This document shows, one piece after another, positions 29,665 through 40,282 of a stretch of DNA of 64,000 nt. The DNA is from Gemmatimonadota bacterium (lineage in GTDB: Bacteria > Gemmatimonadota > Gemmatimonadetes > Gemmatimonadales > GWC2-71-9). Location of the stretch: positions 128,001-192,000 of the forward strand of contig JBDHKN010000006.1 in NCBI GenBank assembly GCA_039586365.1, read 5' to 3'. How positions within the stretch are numbered: the first letter of the stretch is position 1; every line of letters starts with the position of its first letter. A program made the position numbers and the translations under genes. A model generated the notes under the pieces. The model searched no databases. It was not told where the DNA came from and saw only the letters and a program-made list of their open reading frames with translations.

Positions 29665-30437
29665 CCTATTCGAGACATGTTCGGATCACTCGGGGTCGTT
29701 CTAGGCCTGCGCCCGAATACCCGGGTGGCGATCCGCTCGTAGATAAAGTTATACAAGCGCTCACCCTTCTCAATCGATGCCTGACTTGGATGACCGAGCG
29801 AGCCGGAGCTTTCCCTGGGAATCGCACCCGCCCGGCCGCTTTTGTACTTGCGAATTATCCCTGGAGATGGGGTATAGTCCTGAGCCCGTTCCATCGTGAC
29901 CAGGTCGGCGTCCAGGTAGAGCAGGAGGGATGTGTCCATTTCCCCGCCGTGTATGGGAAGACCCGCGTCATCTAGCCGTCCCTCTAACGGGACAGCGAAA
30001 ATGTCGACGGTCCGGACTGTGGCCCGCCGGGCCCGGATGGTGCTTAGCGCCTCTTGATGGGGATCCTGGCCATGTGCAGTTATGATGATGAACTCCTCGA
30101 CGCCGCCAGCTTCCCACGACCCGATGAGATCGTTCATCAAGCGGGACAACGTCTTGCGGCTGAGGGAAGCGGCGCCGGGGTAGGGCACCCTTGTGGCTGC
30201 GTTGACGCCATATTCTATGGTTGGTGCTCGGAGCGTCCTGAACTCGGCTGACAGATCATCCGCGAGGTGCTCTACGATGGCAGTGTCACATCCTAGTGGA
30301 AGGTGCGCGCCATGCTGTTCGGTTGTTCCGACGGGGACGATCAGTCTGGCTTGCTTGGCCAGCAAGTCGCTCACCTTGCCGGGAGTTAAATGTTTAAGAT
30401 ATAAAGGTTTACGGTGAGACCGGCTAAGATCGCTCAT
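29661..30437 (-). CDS. creatininase family amidohydrolase
   Basis: PVGTTEQHGAHLPLGCD, AHG, HGGEMDTS. Confidence 0.88.
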   Translation of the reverse strand: MSDLSRSHRKPLYLKHLTPGKVSDLLAKQARLIVPVGTTEQHGAHLPLGCDTAIVEHLADDLSAEFRTLRAPTIEYGVNAATRVPYPGAASLSRKTLSRLMNDLIGSWEAGGVEEFIIITAHGQDPHQEALSTIRARRATVRTVDIFAVPLEGRLDDAGLPIHGGEMDTSLLLYLDADLVTMERAQDYTPSPGIIRKYKSGRAGAIPRESSGSLGHPSQASIEKGERLYNFIYERIATRVFGRRPRTTPSDPNMSRIG

Positions 30438-33400
30438 TGGGAGCTCGCTGTGGCAGCCCAGTGTACCGCTGTGGCTTCGTGGTTGGTGAACCCCGGACTC
30501 ATGTGGGCGGTGCTATCAGGGGTGCTATCGGTTCCCACCGTCCTGTTTGTGTTTCGTAAACTCGGGGTCGCTCCTGTCGCCGTGGTTCTGGCAGGATTGA
30601 CGGCTTCGCTGACTGCTCTGAGTACATCTTGGCGGGTGCAGGAAATCGAGAACCGCTGGCCCGACTTGAGAGAGGAGCTCATAGGGTCGGCCAGTGACGT
30701 TCTGGAGGAAACGCTCTTAGATGCGGTTGAACTCGCCCGCACGCTTGCCGATTCAGCCGCAGCCACTGTCTCAGCATCGCCGTCAGAAGCATTTGATCGG
30801 CTGCAGCAGGCAGTGGATCGGCATGGTCCTGAACAGGGCGCCGTGCTGCTCGACAGTGCCGGGCGAGCCGTCGCATGGGCCGGCAAGCACAGGCTCAGTC
30901 CCCAGTTGATCCGTAAAGAACTGTCCGCATTCATCACTCCATTCTACGTCATACTGGAAGCTCAGCGCCAGGAGGGAAACAGCCTCGGCGTCGGCCACGT
31001 GGTCTTGGCGGCGGACAGCGCCGTGCCGGACCGCGACCGCACGTTGGCTCAGGCATTCGCCCGCAAGACGGGATCCACGCTCGAGTTCTTCGCACCACAG
31101 GATGCACCCGGCACGGCTGACGTCTTCGATTACTACCTGGAAGGAGATGCCCAACCGGATACCCTGTTCTCGGTCAGAACGGTCCCGCCAACCCAGGGCA
31201 CGCTCAAACTGGATCTGCTCGCCGGCGGCACCCGAACGGTGACGATGTTGCTGCTCCTCACGTTGGTTCTGATGGTGGCTTGCGCAGGGGCCCACGGAAG
31301 GTGGGTCGGCGCTGCGGGCATGGCCGCTGTTCTCGTTCTGACCCCGGCTGGAACGCATCTGGAGCTAGGCGAGCTGTTTTCAGGCGCTACGTACTTCCTG
31401 GAGGTTTTGGGACCGGTCTCGGCTTCAGCAGGGAGCTTGCTGGTCGGCTCAGCACTTCTCGTATTAGCTCTTGTCCCACTCAGACGACTTCGGATCACCC
31501 ATCGATCGGTTGGTGTTGTGGCGGCAGCTGCCCTCATAATCGCCTCGCCGTATGCGATGGCGTTTCTGGCCGCCGGAATAACACCGCCCGCGGCTCAGGT
31601 GGGAGCGAGCCTCTGGCTAGGTTGGGGAGCCACACTGACTGCTGCGAGCGCGGTGCCGCTGCTCCTGACATCCATTCTCCTCAGTGGTGCAGGCGTGCGG
31701 GCCGCGCCGTTCTGGGCCGCCTGGATTGCGGGATTGTGGGCCGTTGGCAACGCGGTGCTCGGACTTCTCATCTGGCAGCCGGCGCAAGGCTGGCCTGCCT
31801 GGTACCCACTCATTTGGATACCTCCCGTTGTGTTGGCCGTCCTGCCGGCGCGACGCCTCCGGCTGGTGGGCGCGACCGCGATTGTTGCAGGTTCGGCTGC
31901 GGCCCTGCTGACTTGGGGCAGTGTGGTGGAGGGGCGGTTGCTGCTGGCTGGACGCGACGCCTCCCGGGTGGGTGGTGGCGACCCGTTTGCTCGAGGCTTG
32001 CTCGATGGATATGTGTCCGAACTCCTGGCCAGGGAGGTTCCCAGAACAACCGCTCAGTTGTACGCGTCCTGGCGTCGTTCCTCGCTCAGCCAGGATGACT
32101 ATCCGGCTGTGCTCACCACTTGGGATGCTGACGGCAACCCGCTTGCCAGGTTGGATCTGGCAAGACTTGAGCTACGGCCGGGGCTGCTACAAAACCTCGC
32201 AGCAACCGCTCGTGATATCGGCCTGCCGACCGAGGAAAGGGTGGTGCTTCCTCCGACTGTGTATGTCAGGAGTGTCCCGTTCTCGGACGGGTCGGTGGTT
32301 TCCGTGGCCGTGGGCCCCCTGTCACGCTTGGTAGAGCCGGTACGAGTGGGGCGGTTCCTCCGTGGTGAACGGCGGCTCGTCGCACCGTACCGGATGTCTC
32401 TTGCTGGGCCGATAGCGGGGCCCGAAGAATCCCCGGAGATCTCTTGGCAGAGGGAAGGCTGGACTGTCCGTGGCGTGGGTACGCTGCGACCGTCGGACGC
32501 CGCCACCCAAGCGCAATCAGTGCTGTCGCTGCCGGAAGGGTCCGCCAGCCGCTACCACGTCCACCTGCATGTACCGCTCGGCGGGCTCAGCGGCACGCTG
32601 GTGCGGGGAGCCCTCGTCCTGGGCTGGAGCGCCTTGTTCGTCGGTCTCCTGTGGCTGCTCGGAGAAGGCCTCACCGGCAACCTGGTAATGGTCCCCGTAC
32701 TGCGGGAGATGCTGAGCCTGCGGTCGTACCGCGCCAGACTGACCGTGGCTCTAGCCAGCTTCTTCATTCTGCCGACGTTGACCTACGCCACCTGGTCGAT
32801 CGTACGCCTGCGCGTGAGCGCGATTCAAAGCGGTGATCTGCTCATTCAACAGACCCTGAGCGATGCGGTAGGGACGGCGCAACAGTTCCAGGGACTGCCG
32901 GATACCGAGCTCCGGGATCGGCTCACCGTGCTTGCCGAAGGGTTGAATGCCGATTTGTTGTGGTATGAGGGGGGGACCCTGCGTCAGGCTAACCTGCCAG
33001 TGCTGGATGAGTTGGGGCTACTTGATCGGTATCTGCCGGCCGAAGTGTACCGGGAGTTGGCCCTACGCGAGGAACTGGAGGTCACCTACGACGAACTGAT
33101 TGGAGGCCATGCGACACGGGTGGTCTACCGGGGCCTGAGTGAACCCGGGACCGTCCTAGCAGTACCCAGACTCGTCGACGTCCGAGACATCCAGAGTGGG
33201 CAGGAAGACCTGTTATTTGGGTTGCTGCTGGCAACGTTACTGGGGCTCGGTGCGGCCGCCGGACTCGCTGCGGTGGCAGCACGTTCCTTGGCGAGGCCGG
33301 TTAGCTCACTACGCGGAGCGGCTGAAGCGGTGGGCAGGGGCTATCCGGTGCCTGGCTTCGAGCCGGCGGCGCCGACCGAGTTCGTGCCGGTATTCCAGGC

Positions 33401-34451
33401 ATTTGAGCGAATGGCCCATGATGTGGAAGCGAGCCAGGCAGCGCTCGAGGCTGCGCGGCGTCGTACCGCAGCGGTGCTGCGCTACGTTGTGACCGCAGTT
33501 GTGGCGCTCGACCGCGATCTCATGATCATGATCGCCAACCCTCGGGCGGAGCACCTTCTTGGGTCGGTGCTGCCACCGGAAGTCGCAATCGACGCTCTGA
33601 CAGGCCCGGAATGGGCGCCGGTGTGGCAGTGGGTACGCGAATTCCTGAATGTGGGTAAGGACTCGGATTCACGTGAATTCACCGTTGGTGCGAGCTTGAT
33701 CCGCGGTCAGGTTGCGGTGATCCATGGTCCTCCCAGGGGCTGCGTCTTGGCCCTGGATGACACAACGGAACTGACTAGGGCTGTGCGTGTCCTGGCTTGG
33801 GGTGAGTTGGCGCGGCAGGTCGCCCACGAAATCAAGAATCCGCTCACACCCATTCGCTTGGGCATCCAGCACCTGATTAGGGCTCACCAAGACGGTCTGG
33901 GTGACTTTGAGGTGACTCTGGATCGAACGGCGCGGCGGATCTTGGCCGAGATTGAGCGACTAGATGCAATCGCCCGAGCGTTTGCGAGATTCGGCGCTCC
34001 CCCGGCAGAGGCTGAACCATTGTCATTATCAGATCTTGTCCCCATCGCCAGAGACACTGCCGGACTTTATGCGCTTTCTGACGGCACTACAGTGTTCGTT
34101 GAGGCGGACAAGCAGGTTCGGGCGTGCGTGAGGAAAGACGAATTGAAGGAAGTCTTGGTCAATCTGGTGGAGAACGCGCGTGATGCTGGTGCGACCGAGG
34201 TAGTGATCTCGCTTCGAGAGGATGCAGCAAATCAAGTGACGATCAGCGTGTCCGATAACGGCCCCGGGATTCCTGAGGATGATCTCCCCTTGGTCTTCGA
34301 ACCGCACTTCTCCACGACTACCAGTGGTACCGGTCTCGGGTTGGCGATATGTAAGAGGCTCGTGGAATCGTGGGGTGGGGAGATTCATGTGGTCAGCGAA
34401 TCCGGTGGCGGAACGACCGTGAGGATCGCACTCACGGATGGAGAAAGGTGA
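30414..34451 (+). CDS. large multi-TM HAMP/PAS-like sensor histidine kinase (NtrY-like C-terminus; start uncertain)
   Basis: AWGELARQVAHEIKNPLTPI H-box, NLVENA, DNGPGI, FEPHFST, GTGLGL. Confidence 0.9.
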   Translation: MRPAKIAHWELAVAAQCTAVASWLVNPGLMWAVLSGVLSVPTVLFVFRKLGVAPVAVVLAGLTASLTALSTSWRVQEIENRWPDLREELIGSASDVLEETLLDAVELARTLADSAAATVSASPSEAFDRLQQAVDRHGPEQGAVLLDSAGRAVAWAGKHRLSPQLIRKELSAFITPFYVILEAQRQEGNSLGVGHVVLAADSAVPDRDRTLAQAFARKTGSTLEFFAPQDAPGTADVFDYYLEGDAQPDTLFSVRTVPPTQGTLKLDLLAGGTRTVTMLLLLTLVLMVACAGAHGRWVGAAGMAAVLVLTPAGTHLELGELFSGATYFLEVLGPVSASAGSLLVGSALLVLALVPLRRLRITHRSVGVVAAAALIIASPYAMAFLAAGITPPAAQVGASLWLGWGATLTAASAVPLLLTSILLSGAGVRAAPFWAAWIAGLWAVGNAVLGLLIWQPAQGWPAWYPLIWIPPVVLAVLPARRLRLVGATAIVAGSAAALLTWGSVVEGRLLLAGRDASRVGGGDPFARGLLDGYVSELLAREVPRTTAQLYASWRRSSLSQDDYPAVLTTWDADGNPLARLDLARLELRPGLLQNLAATARDIGLPTEERVVLPPTVYVRSVPFSDGSVVSVAVGPLSRLVEPVRVGRFLRGERRLVAPYRMSLAGPIAGPEESPEISWQREGWTVRGVGTLRPSDAATQAQSVLSLPEGSASRYHVHLHVPLGGLSGTLVRGALVLGWSALFVGLLWLLGEGLTGNLVMVPVLREMLSLRSYRARLTVALASFFILPTLTYATWSIVRLRVSAIQSGDLLIQQTLSDAVGTAQQFQGLPDTELRDRLTVLAEGLNADLLWYEGGTLRQANLPVLDELGLLDRYLPAEVYRELALREELEVTYDELIGGHATRVVYRGLSEPGTVLAVPRLVDVRDIQSGQEDLLFGLLLATLLGLGAAAGLAAVAARSLARPVSSLRGAAEAVGRGYPVPGFEPAAPTEFVPVFQAFERMAHDVEASQAALEAARRRTAAVLRYVVTAVVALDRDLMIMIANPRAEHLLGSVLPPEVAIDALTGPEWAPVWQWVREFLNVGKDSDSREFTVGASLIRGQVAVIHGPPRGCVLALDDTTELTRAVRVLAWGELARQVAHEIKNPLTPIRLGIQHLIRAHQDGLGDFEVTLDRTARRILAEIERLDAIARAFARFGAPPAEAEPLSLSDLVPIARDTAGLYALSDGTTVFVEADKQVRACVRKDELKEVLVNLVENARDAGATEVVISLREDAANQVTISVSDNGPGIPEDDLPLVFEPHFSTTTSGTGLGLAICKRLVESWGGEIHVVSESGGGTTVRIALTDGER

Positions 34452-34571
34452 CTGAGCGGGTGCCGATGTGCTGCTGCGTCCGCTGCCTGACGAGTTCGGG
34501 AACAATTGCATGGTCTCGAGGCTTATAGGAGGGCGGGTTGTAGCAAACGAATGCCTAATCGGAGCCAAGGA

Positions 34572-35477
34572 ATGCTGATCAAGAAGCAAAACGACATTAG
34601 TTCCTCAGAGATAACTGACGAAGTCAGCTACCACGGCCGTCGTGAGTTCATCGAGACAGTTGCCGGTGCAGCGGCATACGCGGCGGTCGGCCCTCTAGTC
34701 CCTTGGTTTCAGCGAAGGCAAGCCGATGAGCTGACTTCGTATGAGGCCATAACCAGCTACAACAACTTCTACGAGTTCGGCACAGGGAAAGACGATCCCG
34801 CCCGAAACGCTGGCTCGCTGAGAACACGGCCTTGGACCGTCACCGTTGAGGGTGAAGTGCACAAGCCCGGCGTGCTCGACATAGACGACATTATAAAGCG
34901 GTACCCTGCGGAAGAACGTGTCTATCGACTCCGCTGCGTCGAAGCCTGGTCGATGGTGATCCCGTGGCTGGGATTCCCGCTGGCGAATTTGCTGAAGGCC
35001 GTGGAGCCGACATCCAAAGCCAGATTCGTCGAGTTCACAACCCTACACGATCCGACACAAATGCCAGGGCAGAAGCGGAACGTCCTGCCGTGGCCCTATG
35101 TCGAAGGGCTTCGCCTCGACGAGGCAATGCACCCCCTGACCATCCTGTCCGTAGGCCTGTACGGCAAGATGCTCCCGAACCAGAACGGCGCACCGATCCG
35201 CCTGGTGGTACCGTGGAAGTACGGATTCAAGAGCATCAAGTCGATCGTGCGGATCCGGTTAGTCGAGAGTCAGCCGGTCACGGCTTGGAACTCGGTTGCC
35301 CCTCGAGAGTACGGCTTCTACTCCAATGTGAACCCGGAGGTGAATCATCCCCGGTGGAGCCAGAGGAAAGAGCGCAGGATTGGGAAGCTGTTCAAGCAAG
35401 ACACGCTCATGTTCAATGGCTATGGCGATCAGGTGGCCCAACTCTACAGCGGGATGGACCTCAAGAGGTATTTCTAG
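34572..35477 (+). CDS. msrP: methionine sulfoxide reductase catalytic subunit
   Basis: SEIT...RREF Tat signal, [28 protein letters not shown]. Confidence 0.96.
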   Translation: MLIKKQNDISSSEITDEVSYHGRREFIETVAGAAAYAAVGPLVPWFQRRQADELTSYEAITSYNNFYEFGTGKDDPARNAGSLRTRPWTVTVEGEVHKPGVLDIDDIIKRYPAEERVYRLRCVEAWSMVIPWLGFPLANLLKAVEPTSKARFVEFTTLHDPTQMPGQKRNVLPWPYVEGLRLDEAMHPLTILSVGLYGKMLPNQNGAPIRLVVPWKYGFKSIKSIVRIRLVESQPVTAWNSVAPREYGFYSNVNPEVNHPRWSQRKERRIGKLFKQDTLMFNGYGDQVAQLYSGMDLKRYF

Positions 35478-35486
35478 GCGATCGCC

Positions 35487-36092
35487 ATGAACCGCGCTCA
35501 GTTGGTCAGGAGGGTGGTGAAACCGGCGGCGTTCGTGACACTGTTGCTACCGGCAGTCATTCTCGCTCGGGATCTTGCGGCTGGCAATCTGAGCGTCAAC
35601 CCGATCGAGGACATCACCCATCGAACGGGTCGCTGGGGGCTCATTCTCCTCTTGGCTACTCTCGCTGTCACTCCGGTCCGCCGGATCACAGGTTGGTCAG
35701 TCCTCATCAGATTCAGACGAATGGTGGGATTGTTCGCCTTCTTCTATCTGCTGCTTCATTTCTCGACCTACGTCGTGTTGGACCAGTTTTTCTCTCTGCG
35801 TGGCATCGCGGATGATGTCGTAAATCGACCATACATCACTGTTGGCTTCGCGAGCTTGGTGTTGCTGGTGCCACTCGCTCTCACGTCGACCAAGGGGATG
35901 GTGAAGCGGTTGGGTGGTAGGCGCTGGGCGAACCTCCATCGCTTGATCTACGTCGCCGCGGGAGGGGGCATTGTTCACTTCGTTTGGCTCGTCAAAGCTG
36001 ATTACCGCGATCCCACTATCTATGGGATCGTGTTGGTTCTGTTGCTCGCCTCACGCCTCAAGCTCCCCCGTTGGCGTTCAGTGCCTAGCTAG
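35487..36092 (+). CDS. msrQ: MsrPQ heme-binding membrane subunit
   Basis: HRTGRW, RRMVGLFAFFY..LH, WANLHRLIY. Confidence 0.95.
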   Translation: MNRAQLVRRVVKPAAFVTLLLPAVILARDLAAGNLSVNPIEDITHRTGRWGLILLLATLAVTPVRRITGWSVLIRFRRMVGLFAFFYLLLHFSTYVVLDQFFSLRGIADDVVNRPYITVGFASLVLLVPLALTSTKGMVKRLGGRRWANLHRLIYVAAGGGIVHFVWLVKADYRDPTIYGIVLVLLLASRLKLPRWRSVPS

Positions 36093-36215
36093 AAAATCCG
36101 TCTGAAGCGGTAGTTGATCAACCAGGTTATCTTACCTCCGCTTGATTGCAGACTTGGGTGGAGTACCCTCCGCAACCGAATGATCTTTGAACCCTCCAGT
36201 CTTGGGGACCTGCTG

Positions 36216-37880
36216 ATGACTAGAGTTCTGACATCTAGCCGCTACGTGCTCTGCATGCTTGTGCTCGGATTCATGGCATGTACCGGCGACGCCGCTCTGG
36301 ACAAGGCGCTGGATACGATTACGGCTGACGACCTGATCCCTGACATACAGATCCTCGCTTCCGATGAGTTTGAAGGGCGCTCCCCATCGTCACTGGGCGA
36401 GGAGAGGACGATCAACTTCTTGCGGACCGAGTTTGAGAAGTTGGGTCTCGAGCCAGGCAACGGAGACAGTTTCTTCCAGGAAGTGCCTCTCGTAGCGATA
36501 ACAGCCAATCCGAATGCAACTCTGACGGTGAGTGGCAAGGGCGCGAGGAATGGCTTCAGCTACGGCGACGAATTCATGGCTTGGACCAAACGCGTCGTAG
36601 CTAGAGCCAGCATCGGCAGCTCCGAGTTGGTGTTCGTCGGGTACGGAGTCGTCGCACCAGAGTACGGATGGAACGACTACGAAGGATTGGATGTGCGTGG
36701 CAAGACGGTCGTGGTGCTGGTGAACGATCCTGGTTTCGCGACGCAGGATGAAGCTCTGTTCAACGGCAACGCGATGACGTACTACGGACGGTGGACCTAC
36801 AAATTCGAGGAAGCTGCCCGGCAGGGTGCGGCAGGCGCCTTTATCGTGCATGAGACGGAGCCTGCGGCCTACCCTTGGGGTGTAGTGCAGAACAGCTGGT
36901 CGGGCAAGCAATTCGGACTGGTGGCGGAAGACGACAACATGTCGGCAGTGGCGATCGAGGGCTGGTGGACAGTGGAGACGGCACGAAGCCTGTTCGCACA
37001 GGCTGGTCTCAACTACGACTCACTCAAGACCTTGGCCGAGCAACGGGGATTCGAGTCAGTGCCGATGGGTCTCAGCGCATCACTCACGCTCCAGAACACG
37101 ATCGAACGGTCGACATCCAACAACGTGCTGGCCCTGCTGCCGGGGACGGACCGGGCTGACGAGATCTTCGTGTATATGGCCCACTGGGATCACTTTGGGC
37201 GCGACACGACTCTCGAAGGCGATCAGATCTACAATGGAGCTGTTGACAATGCGACTGGAACCGCTGCACTGATCGAGTTGGCGGAAGCCTTTCTTGCACT
37301 AGAGCGGCGGCCGGCCCGGTCGATCTTGTTCATGGCGGTAACGGCTGAGGAGCGGGGGCTGCTTGGTTCCCAATACTATGGGGAGAATCCCGTGTATCCG
37401 CTCGACAAGACCGTCGCCGCACTCAACATGGATGCACTCAACGTGCTGGGTCGCATGAACGACATCAGTGTCGTGGGCTACGGGAATTCGGAGCTGGACG
37501 ACTACCTCACGGAGGCTGCTGCGGAGCAGGGACGTACGGTCCGTCCCGATCCGCATCCGGAGCATGGTTCTTACTACCGTTCGGATCACTTCAACTTCGC
37601 CAAGGTCGGGGTACCGGCACTCTATCCAGGCAGCGGTGTGGACCATGTTGAACGGGGCGAGGCGTGGACTGAAGCAAGGAACGACGAATATCTCGCCAAC
37701 CAGTATCACAAGCCCACGGATGAGTACAACGCCGAATGGGATCTGTCCGGAATGATCGACGACGTGCGCTTGTGTTTCACCATTGGCTACCGTATCGCGA
37801 ATGGGGCGACCTTCCCCAACTGGCGAGAGGGTACTGAGTTCAAAGCGATCCGGGACGCAATGATGGGGACTGGCCGGTGA
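36216..37880 (+). CDS. M28 family metallopeptidase with PA domain (lipoprotein)
   Basis: FMAC lipobox, AHWDH, GAVDNATG, AEERGLLGS, RSDH. Confidence 0.92.
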   Translation: MTRVLTSSRYVLCMLVLGFMACTGDAALDKALDTITADDLIPDIQILASDEFEGRSPSSLGEERTINFLRTEFEKLGLEPGNGDSFFQEVPLVAITANPNATLTVSGKGARNGFSYGDEFMAWTKRVVARASIGSSELVFVGYGVVAPEYGWNDYEGLDVRGKTVVVLVNDPGFATQDEALFNGNAMTYYGRWTYKFEEAARQGAAGAFIVHETEPAAYPWGVVQNSWSGKQFGLVAEDDNMSAVAIEGWWTVETARSLFAQAGLNYDSLKTLAEQRGFESVPMGLSASLTLQNTIERSTSNNVLALLPGTDRADEIFVYMAHWDHFGRDTTLEGDQIYNGAVDNATGTAALIELAEAFLALERRPARSILFMAVTAEERGLLGSQYYGENPVYPLDKTVAALNMDALNVLGRMNDISVVGYGNSELDDYLTEAAAEQGRTVRPDPHPEHGSYYRSDHFNFAKVGVPALYPGSGVDHVERGEAWTEARNDEYLANQYHKPTDEYNAEWDLSGMIDDVRLCFTIGYRIANGATFPNWREGTEFKAIRDAMMGTGR

Positions 37881-37890
37881 TCTCTACGGA

Positions 37891-37918
37891 CTAACCCCAT
37901 GCTGCTGCCTGGGGTTAG
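37891..37918. terminator. hairpin between convergent genes
   Basis: CTAACCCCA-N10-TGGGGTTAG perfect 9-bp stem; no clear U-tract. Confidence 0.5.
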
Positions 37919-37955
37919 CAGTCTCGCGTAAGGAGCCTGCCCGAGCGACCAGGCC

Positions 37956-40277
37956 CTAGGTCTTCTGTGTCAGCCGGATCCTGTGCGTTCCTGCAGGTAG
38001 CCGGACATCCTGCGCTGGAACGTCTCGCTCCCGCCCGTCAATGGTGAGATGCAGCTGGCTGGCATGCAGATTCACCGCGAGGCTTATGGGTTCTGTAGAG
38101 AGCGTTTCCGCCGAGATCTGTCCAACGGCTACCTCCAAGTGGCGCAGTACGAGAGGCCCCGTGCTATACAACAAGCCCTTGCCGTCGACGTCGACACGGT
38201 AGCCCTCGGGTGACAGCAAGATGTCCCAACGTCGCCCGTTGAGTACGACGTTCTTGATCTTGCTAGATAGCGGTGGAGTCAGCGTCCCGACCCGAAGTCC
38301 GTCCCACGGCGTCGAGTCGATGAATTCCTCAATGCCGGTGAGCGCGAAGAGTGGTCCCCAGCTCTGGTAAGCCTGTCCTCCGCCTTCCCCGGTGCGGCTG
38401 TCGTAGTTCTCGCGGCAGGTCTGATAGTCGCGCCAACTCCGCAGGAATAGATCGACGCTTCGGCCTGCCAGCTCACCAGCCACGTCGTCGAACCGGTAGC
38501 GTCTCAGGCCTTGGTATGCCAGGTAGTTCGGTGGGGGCCAGATGGTACCGCGCCAGTATTGTTGGTCCGAGAACGCCGGATCGTCTCGGCTGATCGTTGG
38601 CAGAACGTAGCGTCCCCAAAACATCGTTTCGTCGAGCAAGGTCACGAGCATCCGCTCGGCACGCTCAGCGGTTGGGATTCCCGCCAGAAGTGGATAGAAA
38701 TGCGAGGCGGCTAGCCTATTGGAGCGGCGTCCGTCCCAAAACCGGTCGACATACATCCCCAGAGCGTCATCCCAAAGCTGTTCGTTGACTCTATCGCTGA
38801 GCCTGCATCTCATGTCTCGGTACAGCACTGCCTTCTGACTCAACCCCAACCGCTCGGCCATCAGTGCGAGGCATTCACAGTCAAGTGCCAGTAGGGAGTT
38901 CAGATCCACCGACTCGAGATTGAATGTCTCAGACTGCTCCATCCAGACAGCATCATCCCAATTGGGTAGGTCGTCTTGGCCCGATTCCCAGGCGGCTAGT
39001 TGGTGGTGACTTGCCTGGTTTTCCCAGGCGGCCGGTGAGTCGGTGAGCAGTCCCAGATCGCAGCCCCATTCGAACAACCCGTTGTCATTTCCGTCACGCC
39101 GCTTGCGTCCGTTCTTGCTTGCTCGCCACCACGCCGACCAGCGCTCGAGGTGGGGGAATGCTCTGTCCAACAGCGAGATGTCCCCAGTTCGTAGATAGCA
39201 TTTGAGAACGGCGAATGAGCCTATGGGGGGCTGTGATCGATCGGGTGTGCCGCTGTACCTACCACGCCAATTGGGGATGTTGCCGTTGTCGTACTGCGTC
39301 TCGAGCACGGCCAGTAGTGCATCCCGTGCCAATTCGGGACTCTCGACAGCAAGCTGGAGGGCGTTCAGAAAGCTGTCCCAGCAGAACACGGTCCAGTGAT
39401 CACGGCCGCCACCATGACGGGGGAAAATCCACCGCCGCCCGGCCGGCGCATATCGGCGGCCGGTCTCCGGTTTGATGGATACCATCCAGTGGAGATTGTT
39501 CGTGATCGACGAGGCGAGACCCTCCCAGTGTCCCTGCACGGCCACACGGCTCGACTCGTAGGCAGCGGCCGCCTGCTGCAACCGCCTGCTGACAGTGTCA
39601 CCCACCAGCAACCGCCTAGCCGCGTCGCGGGCCACTTCTAGTCGGTCCGCCATACATGCGGTAAAGATGATCCGATCACCAGGCGACACGGAAAACGGGA
39701 CGACTGCCTCAATCGCGGTTACATCAGGACCGCCATCGTGATCCCTGCGGTTGCCACCTGTGACTTGCTGCAGCACGAGCGCGATAGCGCACTCCCCGTC
39801 TGCCGTCAGACCAGAGATCTCGTGACACGCAATCTGCCGCTCCCGGTGTCCGACTGGTCTCTCCTGGCCAGCGCGTTCGTCGGACGCACCGTAGTTCGCG
39901 TGCCACACTCCCTCCCAGTCCCAGGGGAAGTAACCATGCATCGTTAGTGTGCCGGCAAACGAGACGCTGAGACCACCGACAGCACCGGCCCTGTCGATCC
40001 GGGACCACTCTACGGTTAGGCCGGCGTCACGGCCGGCCTTCGCTACGGTCGGACCGTCATGCTCGCTGCCGAATGGCAAGACAGCGTCAAAAGCAACGCG
40101 CGCATAGCTGCTGTCGGGAGCATGGGGACCGACCTCATGTACCAGGTGCATTAGGTCATTCCCATCGGCTCGTTCCCCATCTCGTTCCAGTGAGAATCGG
40201 ATGGCGAACCCGCGACCTGGCTGATCTGAGAACACCAATCCGTCCCAGGCTTCGGGGTCGTACGCGCCAACGAGCAC
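37956..40277 (-). CDS. (alpha/alpha)6 glycoside hydrolase, MGH1/GH63/trehalase-like
   Basis: FCWDSF, RSQPPI, ESGQDD, YWRGTIWPP, RENY. Confidence 0.85.
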   Translation of the reverse strand: MLVGAYDPEAWDGLVFSDQPGRGFAIRFSLERDGERADGNDLMHLVHEVGPHAPDSSYARVAFDAVLPFGSEHDGPTVAKAGRDAGLTVEWSRIDRAGAVGGLSVSFAGTLTMHGYFPWDWEGVWHANYGASDERAGQERPVGHRERQIACHEISGLTADGECAIALVLQQVTGGNRRDHDGGPDVTAIEAVVPFSVSPGDRIIFTACMADRLEVARDAARRLLVGDTVSRRLQQAAAAYESSRVAVQGHWEGLASSITNNLHWMVSIKPETGRRYAPAGRRWIFPRHGGGRDHWTVFCWDSFLNALQLAVESPELARDALLAVLETQYDNGNIPNWRGRYSGTPDRSQPPIGSFAVLKCYLRTGDISLLDRAFPHLERWSAWWRASKNGRKRRDGNDNGLFEWGCDLGLLTDSPAAWENQASHHQLAAWESGQDDLPNWDDAVWMEQSETFNLESVDLNSLLALDCECLALMAERLGLSQKAVLYRDMRCRLSDRVNEQLWDDALGMYVDRFWDGRRSNRLAASHFYPLLAGIPTAERAERMLVTLLDETMFWGRYVLPTISRDDPAFSDQQYWRGTIWPPPNYLAYQGLRRYRFDDVAGELAGRSVDLFLRSWRDYQTCRENYDSRTGEGGGQAYQSWGPLFALTGIEEFIDSTPWDGLRVGTLTPPLSSKIKNVVLNGRRWDILLSPEGYRVDVDGKGLLYSTGPLVLRHLEVAVGQISAETLSTEPISLAVNLHASQLHLTIDGRERDVPAQDVRLPAGTHRIRLTQKT

Positions 40278-40282
40278 GGGCT

